From NCBI RefSeq assembly GCF_004010195.1, contig NC_057720.1, forward strand, positions 27,465,899-27,529,898: a DNA stretch of 64,000 bases, given 5' to 3'. This document shows positions 53,383 through 64,000 of this stretch, piece after piece. The notes beneath the pieces are model-generated. The model saw only the letters and a program-made list of their open reading frames with translations, was not told where the DNA came from and ran no database searches. Every line of letters begins with the position of its first letter. Positions within the stretch are counted from its first letter, which is position 1. The position numbers were made by a program, and so were the translations under genes. This stretch comes from Chiloscyllium plagiosum. Its lineage: Eukaryota.

Positions 53383-54769
53383 TTTGTCAATTCTCTCCAC
53401 TCTGCTCACAATCCCTTCAAACTCCCTTCAAGCAAGAGTTCTGGGGTTTGAGAATGCAGGTTGCAATGATATCGAATAGCCCAAATCTATCTATCATAAT
53501 CTATAGGTTTATTATATACTCTCACTCTGCTTCTCCTAGAACTTTCATGTGAGTGATTGCTTGGGGAGATGAGCAGCATTAGTGAGAAGTAGCTTTCATG
53601 GGAATTTAATTTTACAAAATGATTGTAATCACCCCAGCTCAACAATCCCACACCATTAGCGTTCACATCTATCAAGCTGTGGCATCTGACAATATATAGG
53701 CCAGCAAGAAGGGGTTTGAGGAATGTGACAAGCTAAATTGTTCTTCCAGAGAATGGCACGGACATAACAGACCAAGTGGCTTCCCTCTGCTCTGTAAGAA
53801 TATTGTAAAATGAAGCAAAATTCAAGCAAAACAATTCCTAGGTAACATATGCTCATATTAATTGCATCAGAAGGTTCAGAAAAGGTTCATTCAACTGGCT
53901 GTTGGAGTAAAGGGATTATCGTAGAGGGAAAACTGGACAGATGGCCTGGATTGTTTGGAGTTTATAACTCCTTTCTTTCCACTGCTATCTTTTCTGATCA
54001 CTTTATCCTCAGGCATATTTCTCAATTTATACCCAGTCCTGTCTTTTTCTTGAGCCAAACATTCATTATTCCTATCTGTTTAGTTTTGAGGAGATGTTTT
54101 AGTTGAATTATTGTTCATAATGTTGGTCAACAATTGTTGTCCTAGTATTTCAGACTTTACAAGTTTAGTTACCATTAGTTATAACTCATTGATCACTTAT
54201 CAATCCAGTTTGAAAAGTGTATATCTTCAGTTGTGATCAAAACCTGATTTTGTAACTTTCAAGAATAAGTAGTTGTTTATACCTTTTTTTTAAACTAAAA
54301 AGTCATCCAATAAGCAACAACTGGGACAATGTTCCATTAACATTACACATAGGGAATGCCGTGTTAGCCATTGGGTTTTCTTCAGTCATTGCTTATGTAT
54401 GTGGACTTTGTAGTATTCCACTTCTCCAGTTACCAGTGGCAAGTCATTCTATTAGTTGGGTATTTTTCTGAAGATTAAATTTGCAATTTAATTGTTAAAT
54501 AGTATCTTGTAGTAGTTATGGTGCATCATGGATGAAAACGTTCATAATTAGTTGAAGAAAATAGCAAGTCAGCTGGGCAGTAAAGCAAGCGGTCTATTTT
54601 AAGAATTAGACCTTACTTTATACAAACCATTGAGCTGCAAACCCACTACAGCTAACTGGTTTCAGGTCAGTGCAGTATCAAACAGCCAGAGGCCAACCCA
54701 ACCTGTATACAGGTCATGTTATTCCCAGTAGAGGGGAATGTTATTTCCAGTAGTGAGTGTTTTTCTTTA

Positions 54770-55100
54770 ATTTTTCCGTGCATATGGGCGTCACTGGCAA
54801 CACCAGCAATTATAACCCATTGCAAATGACCCTTGAATTGAGTGGCTATTTGGGCCATTTCAGAGCACAATTAAAATTAGCCACATTGCTGCAGTTCATG
54901 TGTAGGCCAGGCCAGGTAAGGATGGCAGACTTTCTTCCCTGAAGGACATTAGTGAACCAGTTGAATTTTTACTACAGCTGACAATGGTTTCATGATCACC
55001 ACCTTTGAGTGACTAATTCCAGAATTATACATGGAGTTTAAATTCCATTAGCTCGGTTGGTGGGATCTGAATCCTTTTAACCAGAGTGGTGGTGTTGAGT
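54770..55100 (-). mobile_element. Old SINE with L2-like tail
   Basis: Reverse complement of the 28020 family (gggcgtcactggcaacaccagcaattat...ggacattagtgaaccag). Confidence 0.55.
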
Positions 55101-57242
55101 CTGGAGTAAAAGCAACTCAGATTTATTCCTGTGGAGTTTCTTGTTGCCTAAAAAACATTATTTTGTAAATCCAGCTTTCTAACCTTCTTCTTTTTGCATG
55201 CCAAAATTTTAATGAATAACACACTCACAACACATGTTTCACCCCATAGATACTTAAACTTAATTGTCCACCTGTTGTTGCCAAGAATTGGCCAGCGCAA
55301 TGCACTGCGTCATAAATTTCAATACTCTTCCATTGCTACCTTCACAGGACAGAGTCTCCTACTTCATTATCATTTCTGGGTCCATTCAAACCCTACACAC
55401 ACTTTTTCACTGCCTCCTAGCTCTTACCCTTGTCCCCTATCCTTTGTCTCCAGTTTTACTTTTTCTCAATACAGGAATATGGCAAGAGGACTCATCTAAT
55501 TTATTTTTATTTCATTAACCCTTAATTTGCGCATGTAAGTATCTCAGAAGAGGGAAGAAAACTTAAACATGGCTCAAAAGGCAGTTGGAGAGAATTACAG
55601 CAATCCTGTGCACAGATTGCTTCAACAGAATGATAAATTTAGGATGCCATTTTCTATTATAAATTTAGATTTGAGGCGCCCAATGATTTTTGGAGTTGAG
55701 ATGTATTTACATGTTCTTTTCCTCTATCGTTATTAATATACTCTTTATGGATTTTAAGGGTTGATTCTCTGACATAAGATTTCTCCAGACATGTCATTTC
55801 TACTGTTGTATTTTCTCTGTACCTTAATAGCCTCTTCAACTAGTCATCAGTAACCCTAGTAACCAGAACCTGCATTCTTCTTGCATTGAAATTATTAGAA
55901 TCAACTTATTTTGTTCTCTTTTGCATTCCTACGAGCTTTATACAAGTTGACCCACCTAGTATTTTATTTCAGACTCTATCCATTATCTTTCAAATGTCTT
56001 TATTGACATCTTATGATCTCCATGAAACATCTCAACTCCCATTTATTTCTGAAGAGATTTTCAAATGTTCAAGTTTACTTTTTATGATAAGGTTGCATTT
56101 ATCCAAGACTTGAATACTGAGCTTACTCACCATAGATAATCCAGGACAAAAATTATGCCTAATAGGAAGCACTTGTATTACTGGCTCCATAGGTCCACAA
56201 AAACCGGGAATCAAAACCAACCTTATGAAATCTGTGATTTATCCATTGAGCTTACATTCTTTTTCTGTTAGATTTCCATTATCTATTTGCCACTTATCTC
56301 TTTAAACACTTTTGTCTTATTCTTTATGCCTTCAAATATATTCTGTGCATCTTGCATTGCAATCTTGCAATGATGAAATTAAAACTATTACCTTGGTACT
56401 CAACTTCATGTATTAGTTTTAACAAAAAAAGGAAGGTCTTGCCACATTCAGATTGTCATTTCTCCTACAGATCTGTAGACTATGTAAAGTTAACTTTACA
56501 CCAACTAAGCAAATATTCTTTATATAGTTTCTCTCATTTCACAATCTTTGCAAAAACTTCTGCTAAAGGCCTTGACTTCTTAAGCCAAGTTTCTTAATTT
56601 AAAGATCAAATTAGTATTCCTGCTGGGACAATGGAAAGCAGTGAAGCAGTGACGGATTGCTGGCACCTAAAGCTTAATTATAAATTATACTTCAATATCT
56701 AGCCATAATCAGTGAAAAACTGGCATTTCCAATTTGGGGGCCAGCTTCCTCATGATAATTAAGAATCTACACATGTGCTTGAGGATAAATTCATTACAAT
56801 GTATTATCCTGGAATGTTACTTTATGATGGTGAACGGTACATACTGAAATGTTGGCAACCCAGATTTGGTGGTATAGTAATCATGCATGTGGAGAGCTGA
56901 TTAACTTCTTGGTCCACAGGCCCATCCCAATTACTGACACAGACAGTATTAAAAGCATTCTAGTAGTATATACAATTTCAATGAAATACAACAAAATTGG
57001 TGCTCTGCTGCAGTCAGATAAGGACAGGATTAGGTTTACACTTAGGCTTAACCTTTGGAAGACATAATCTGTATGGACCGATTAAAGAATATTATCCCAT
57101 GTTCAAGAATGGATGGATTGTAATATATATGTACAGGCAACACAAATTGTTCATACTATAAGCACTGAATCAAGCCACTTTTGCTGTAAATAAAGTGCAG
57201 AATAATTAATTATGTATTCTGTACTATTTAAGGTAGGTACTT

Positions 57243-57480
57243 TGCATGAATTTCAACATTTAATTTCTATATTATTTATCCTACCATAATATTATTTTAC
57301 TGTATTTCTGCATGACCAAATGTTAACATTTAGTAAGATTAAATGTTAAAACTGAAGTTAAAATTTTGAATTTCTTTTTGCTGTCAGCATGCATGTTTTG
57401 TTCTTGTACATATTTTCTGGTTAGTTTTTTGCCATCTTATTTCATTCATTACCCTTCATACCCCTTCATTTATCCACTAG
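57243..57480 (+). promoter_or_regulatory. Putative splicing-silencer cluster (Rbfox TGCATG x3, Nova YCAY cluster) upstream of the FN3-4 exon
   Basis: TGCATG at 57243, 57309 and 57390; ccat/tcat/tcat/tcat/tcat/ccac within ~50 nt of the acceptor. Confidence 0.5.
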
Positions 57481-57786
57481 CCCCCTCCGCCCCACCTCAG
57501 GATGTCCATGGATTTTCCATCAGCTCCACCAGCATTCGGGTAAGTTGGTATCCACCACCAGCAAACAGTCGTAATGGCGTCATTACCAAATACTCCATTA
57601 TATATCAAGCAGTGGATAGTGAGGACAGCGGAAAGCATGTTTTGGACAACCTTGCGGCGGATGCAACCAGCTCAGTAATCGAGGACCTGGAGAAGTGGAC
57701 TGAATATCAGGTGTGGGTAAGAGCTCACACCAACGTTGGGCCAGGTCCGAAGAGCACACCTGTGAGTGTCCGCACGGATGAGGATG
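57481..57786 (+). CDS. PTPRF: PTPRF exon, FN3 repeat 4 (TPSAPPQDV...VRTDED)
   Basis: tatccactag|CCCCCTCC...GAGGATG|gtaggt; 306 nt, phase 1-1. Contains LEKWTEYQVWVRAHT. Confidence 0.96.
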
Positions 57787-58489
57787 GTAGGTTATTTGGA
57801 AATCAAATTAAAGTAGTTTCGTGTTGTGATACCCCTTTCACCATATTCTCGAAGACAGACATTTTATAAAACATTTGAAGGCTGCTATGATTTCATAAAT
57901 TATTTCACTGTAAATTATAATACAAATAAAATTTGTTACAGAAAAATTAATTTGGTACATAATAATATGATCAGTTTGTTCTCCCATATTTTTCATGCAA
58001 CAAAATACATAAGAGCACCTGCAGTTCACAACAAATGTTTAATTTGATTTTAAAAAATTCTGGATAATTAGTGACCAGTTTATTTAGCAAAGGGGTACCA
58101 CAGTTCCTTTCATAGTTATTAAAAAGTTATGTTTCTAATTGAATATGGAATATATTCCCTTGTATTTTCATAGATATGTTTATGATTATATTTATATCGT
58201 ATGAATTAATCTCACCTAGAAAATGAGAAAACCGATTTCATCAGTAGCATCATGTAGAAATCAATATTTCCATCATCTGTTGCTGATTCATTTTCAGTTG
58301 AAAATGACGATGTGAACAGCTGAAACCAGAAATTTTTGTCCCTAACTTATTTCTTGGTATTTGATCTATTAAAGTTGGCACATTTGAATATGAAACAACA
58401 TCTACTGTTCATTCACAATTATTCTGAAAATGTTGATATACAAAGCTCTTGAATGTATATTTACCATTGCCTATTTTGATTGGATGTGT

Positions 58490-58900
58490 ATATGGCTGGC
58501 TTGATCAGCATTCAATGAAGGAGATGGTGGAATGCCTTTTTGAATCCCTGTAGTCTTTGGATACAGTGCCATTGGGAAGGGAATTTGAGGTTTTCAGTCC
58601 AGGAATAGTGAAAGAATGATGATATAGCTCTAAGTCAACAATGGTTGTAAATGGTGGTGCTGTCATGTTTACTGCCCTAGAGCTAGTAGGTTTGGAAGTT
58701 TGGAGAGTTGTTGTAGTGCATATTGTACACACTGCTGTGTCGATGCTGAAGGGTATGAAAGTGAAGGTAGTGGATGGAGTGCCAAATAAGCTGGCTACTT
58801 TGTCCTGTGATGAAAAGCTTCTTGACTATTGTTGGAGTTGTACCAGTCCAGACAATTGAAGAGTATTTCATCATATTTGTGCCTTACGGAGTATTATGGA
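58490..58900 (-). mobile_element. L2-like LINE 3' remnant
   Basis: MKYSSIVWTG...LIWHSIHY...HTLQHRHS resembles a decayed L2 ORF2 C-terminus. Confidence 0.5.
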
Positions 58901-61889
58901 ACATTCAGCTGAAAAGTCGCTGCACTCTATCTCTTCCTGAAAACGTATACACCTTATTCAGCAACAATAACTATTTAATTCTTTCTTACTTCTTTTCTCA
59001 CAATGTCCACCCCCTTATCAAGTACATTCCTTATCAAGTACATTCCAGATGATCATCACCTTTTACGCCAAACAGTTAAACATGTCTGCACCATTTCTTT
59101 CTTAAACTTTGAACATGGCCCTGCATTCTAAAGTTTGTCATTATTACTAACGTATTATCAGTGTTCATTTTATCAATCTCAATTATCTTGAATACCTGAA
59201 TATTAAGATCTCTTAGCTTTCTGTTCTCCAGAGTAATCGAGTTGAGACCCTTCAACCTTCTGATACTGCATATTGGCCAGAATTTTATTGAGAAAAATGT
59301 AAGCAAGTTCTCCATTCTTCTTGTTGGTGATGGTGGAATGGGATTTTATGAAGTCATCGATAGTGGTGAAAAGAAGAAAAATGCTGGAGTAGTGAACAGC
59401 TTTTACAAAAGAGAGCAAGCCCAGTGGTGTTTGAAGTATGACTAAGTCAGTCATGTGCCTGAAGTATTGATACCTATCTCCCATGGACATCAGTCAACAA
59501 AGATTGAGATCATACCATGGGGAATGACTAGAATGGGAGAAAGTAAGACAGCAAAGTCAAAAAATGGAAATGAATTGAGCACTTTGATAACTGTAGAAGT
59601 TTTATGACCAATAGAAGGCCAAAGACAAGAAGGTGGAATTGAGACTGCAACCAGATCAGTCACAATCTTATTGAATGTTGAAAAGCTGAATGGTTTTTCC
59701 TGCTTCTAAGCCCTAATCTCCAATGAAAGACTTGAAGTTTCAAATGCCATTGTAAACAACTTTTGGGAGACTAATTTCTGGGGAAGTGGATTAAATGAGG
59801 AATTGATTGGTGGAGAATATATGGAAATGAAGAATAATGACCACGTTTGTGATTAGAAAATGAGTAGACCATTTCACATGAATGGAGAATACATGGGAAG
59901 ATAGGGAGTCTATGAAATCAAGGGAAAGAGGTTAAGGGTGATTTGAGATATAGGTAGAAATCACCATAATGCAAGGATGAATCCAAAAAGCAAAATGAAT
60001 ATCTCAGCAAGATGCTACTAAGCTAGTTTGGAAGACAGATGTAGTAGAAAGTGTAATTGGATGAAGAAACATTAGAAAGCAGGAAGGTATCATCAATCAA
60101 AACTCATAATTTTGCCACAAACTATTGATTTGAGAAGTTTCCAACCATGGAAATTAAACCTTCCAATATACACATTTAATCCTGGGAAAGATTAAACTAG
60201 ATATGTCTGGTTGTAAATAGAGAGTAGGGATAAGGCAAGAAGTTAAATTCAAGATCCTTTGGTATGACCATGATAATTTTTGGATAGAATTGACTTGGAG
60301 CACTGATGCCTAGGATCAGTGAACATGAGTGAATCCAGGAATTGTATGAAATGAGGGTGGCTGGTATTCTGGTAAAAGTATTTCTATTAAAGATTTGAGA
60401 TTCGAGCAATATTGAGCATTGTCCATGGTCTGTCATTGCTTAACACCCGAGGTCAGCAGAGGTAAACAGTGGTTTTGATTATTAGAACTGCACACCAGCA
60501 GTGAGGAACAGGTAGAGTCAGATATAATGGAAAGCAGGCAGAAAGCAGTACAACAAAGGTGTTTTGCAGCAGTGGAGCAGAATCCTCACAGCAGGATGAG
60601 ATTCAGCAGAAACAAATCAAAGATAACTCAATTTAGATTGAAAACTTCCTGCCAGAAGAGCATAAAATTGAGAGCACAGTAAAAGTGCAAGTAACAGAAG
60701 ATGTTGAAAACTGTCCCTATGTTATGTTCATTATTTGGGCCAATAACAGTAAAGAAATTGACTTTTATCCACAAGAAGTGACTTTCAGCCTAGAATCCAC
60801 TGGAACATAAAGCTGAAAAACCATCAATTCACTGAGATGCAATCAGTCAAACTGTTAAGTTACAGATGGGTTGTAGGCCAGAAAAATGACTGAAATTTGA
60901 AGTTAAATCTTATTATTTGGTCCTAGAGAAAATATAAATTCGCAGTGCCACCTCATTTTGCTGTGTCATCATGTTACTATTGTTTATTTGTTTTTCCTGA
61001 AATTTTAAAATTTGTGCAGGTCATTTACCATTCATCATCTCACGCTCCCAATTCACGTGGCATAAGTCCAGTTTTAAAGCTGACAGTTTGCACTGAATAT
61101 TAAACATGGTGAATTTGGTGATTGAAGGAATTTTAAGGGGTTATGTCTTTCTAAAAAGTACTTAAGTTATGAGATTGATGTCGTTGGCATATTACTATCA
61201 GCAGTGGCTGTTCAGGTCTTCAGAGTTTCTTTGTATTATAGCTGTAGGAGGCTTTTGCAAATGCATGGAGTTTAGTTCTTTGAAAAACACTTCTAATAAG
61301 TATTAAACTTAGAATTTTGGGAGTGAGCAATAGTTCCAACTCTGGTATTTTAAAACATAAAGAAGCAGTGTCCTGAATGAGGAAGGAGGAGATGGAAACA
61401 GCTGACATTTGAGTTCTGGAGAAATTTATAAAAATGTATAGGTTGAATAAATTACTAACGAGATCTATCAAAAGAAAGAGAGTTTTATTTCAGATGATGA
61501 ATGGGCAGCTGAGACGTGTAATTCCTGCACCATATAGAAATTTCAGGGCAGTTCATGTGGCTTGGAGACCAAGCATAGAATCTTATATGGCCCTGAATAA
61601 CATGGGCTATTTTGAGATTTGTGGCAGACTTGGATGAGAAGTCCAGTGGCTAATCTCAAACTTAGGTGCATCTCACTTCACTTGTTATGCTTTTGACAAG
61701 TGTCAGAGCGAGTTTCTCACGAGGCAGCAGTGAGCTGCCAGTTTTTGCATGTTAAATAGATTATTAATGGCCTAACTCACCTCATTAATATTCAGCTTTC
61801 TATCTTACCAACTGCATCAGTCAAACTAGATGTCTGGAACACTCAACAGAAATTAGAACTGGTGAACTTTGCTTGCTGCTTTCTCTAAT

Positions 61890-62370
61890 AGATACAGGAA
61901 GGATATCATCAAGCTGGAGAGGGTTCAGAAAAGATTTACCAGAATATTGCTGGAAATAGAAGGTTTTGAGTTATCGGGAGAAGCTGGATTGGCTGGGACA
62001 TTTTTCACTGGAGTGTAGGAGGTTAAGGGGTGACCATATAGAAGTTTTTTAAATCATGAGGGGTATAGATAAGGTGAATAGCAACTGTCTTTTCCCAGTT
62101 GTGGGAGATTTCAAGGCTAGAAGGCATATTTTTAAGGTGAGAGGCAAAAGATTTTTTTTAAGACATGAGGGGGGACTTTTTTTTTTACAGAGTGGTTCGT
62201 GTGTGAAATGAACTTCCAAAGGAAGTGGTGGAATACGGTATAGTTACAATGTTTAAAAAACACTTGAATAACTACACAAATAAGAAAAGTTTAGACTAGC
62301 TTAGGTTGGAATTATGATCAGCATGGACCTGTTGGACCAAAGGGTGCATTTCCTTGCTGTATGACTCTAT
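61890..62370 (+). mobile_element. CR1 LINE 3' fragment
   Basis: RKDIIKLERVQKRFTR...ttaaggggtgac...tail ctgtatgactctat. Confidence 0.85.
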
Positions 62371-64000
62371 ATCCACACATCTCAGGGATGTTCCAGGACA
62401 CCAGCCTCGTGCACTCCCCGTCCATGTAAATTGGCTTGTTGCATTTGCCAACCCCTCAACCATCATGACATCTTTCTGTTCCACTGGCAGGGCACTGTAG
62501 AAGTACAGACTTGCATCATAGCGTACACCAGCAAATAGCACTGAAAAGCTACTGCAGGGATACCTTGTGAGCCCAGCAGCATGCAGCTAAGAATTGGACC
62601 ATGCTGCATCTTAAGGACTGAATGCCTGCTCCATTAATGCTTATCTTCATGTTCACATTGTCCATGCCTTGCCTTGCTGTGCAATTTAGTGCAGTGACGC
62701 AACTATGCAGCTTGCCTTACTGGTCAGCAGTCCTCAGTTAAGGTAGCATACATCATGCTTAATGGCAGTATAATACGACAGTCTCATGTCTACTCTGTAT
62801 GGCAGCACCTTACTCAACAAAGACACACTATGTGCAGCAAGCAAACGGCCTTGTCTGAAAATTTTGGTGAAGTAGGAGGGAATGGGGGATGACAGCTATG
62901 AAGAGGGCAACAGTGTCTGCAAGGGAGGGGGTGGAGAGGAGATATGGTAAAGCATGGATGGGGGGAGGGGGGGTACTTCATTTATGTTTAGGAACAGACT
63001 TGCTTCAAGGAGAGTCAGTGTATGACCACTGGCCGTGATTGGGCTGGGTGGGAAAGATGGGCAGGTGCAGGTTCATGTAAGTAGGTTGGGGAGACCCTGA
63101 GATGTGCAAAGCCTATGGGATTTTGAGGAAGGGCTACCATGAAGGGCATTTGGATCTTTGGGAGACTACTGACATGTATGGGGAGCAGCTGCAAGCCACT
63201 GACTGAGCAGCACTCAGTGTCAAATTCAATCATGCTGTAAAGTATAAAATGAGGAAGAAAAATGCAATGACCCCTGTTGGAGTGGGTGCAGTAAGTGACT
63301 CACCCTGTGAGGGAGAGGACTACAGACATAGACCTGCAGGTTCCCTAATTCCTGGCCATCGTAATGTATTGCCCCTTGTTTGCTGTGCATCTCCCTTTCC
63401 CAGAAATCTCTGACCAATTCATTCATGTCAACACATTTGAACACAAAGACCAGAAAACAGTAGAAATGTTGGAGGACTTGGATACTGAAATGAAGAGTAA
63501 ACATTCAAAATTTGATGCAGTACCAAACTTGGAATTGTGGTAAACCTAGACAATAATATCAGTCAATTGTAGCATCACATAGTTAGGATAACAGAATGGG
63601 CAGGTAAGTGTCAGTTGAAATGTAATGCACCCAAGTGTGCAGTAATACATTTTGGTGGAAGAGATAGGAAGAAGCAAAACAGGTTTAAAGAGTGATATGT
63701 GGCCTACTGATTAGAAAGATTTTATGTTACACTTTAACTGTAGGATTTTAGTCAATTACAGTTATAGATTGCGTTTGAGAGAAGCAATTTAAAGGTTTAT
63801 TGATCCTGTTAGTTACCAGGCCCATTCCAGGTATAGCTATGTCTTCACAAGTTTACAATCTTTATGGAATTTGTTAAGTTTATTATAGAAGTGAAAAATA
63901 AATTATATTTAATAAAAGCAGTGGTTTCTCAGTCAGTCCATTTGGAAACACCAGTAATACTGGATGACTGGGCACAGGTTTCTTTTTCTGTTCTGTTGAC

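Noticed and set aside
186..63504. Most short ORFs in the six-frame track
   Set aside because: They lack recognisable domains or splice support; they are chance ORFs in AT-rich intron or antisense/frameshifted readings of repeats.
63978..64000. Pyrimidine tract at the window end as the next PTPRF acceptor
   Set aside because: Plausible, but the AG and exon would lie outside the window, so it cannot be supported.

Overview
Vertebrate genomic DNA, most likely a shark (inferred from HE1-type SINEs and the CR1 and Penelope repeat content). The whole window lies inside one + strand gene, the LAR-family receptor tyrosine phosphatase PTPRF. Nine coding exons splice into one open frame covering Ig2, Ig3 and FN3 repeats 1-4. 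Three of them are microexons not resolved as exons by the ORF track: 9 nt (ESF, meA3-like), 18 nt (GGTPIR, meA6) and 12 nt (DQRE, meB), each with flanking neural splicing-factor motifs. The introns hold CR1 and L2 LINE fragments (one CR1 nested in another and carrying a 132-bp-arm palindrome), SINEs, Tc1/mariner MITEs and Harbinger-like remnants. They also hold several short Penelope-like insertions with minimal hammerhead-ribozyme motifs, three of them fold-back elements bounded by 13-16 bp target-site duplications. I found no wholly new system. The best candidates for novelty are the bipartite meA in a PTPRF gene, possible extra cryptic exons, and the fold-back hammerhead elements. Repeat boundaries are approximate; exon boundaries were read base by base; comparisons to known proteins and repeats are from memory.
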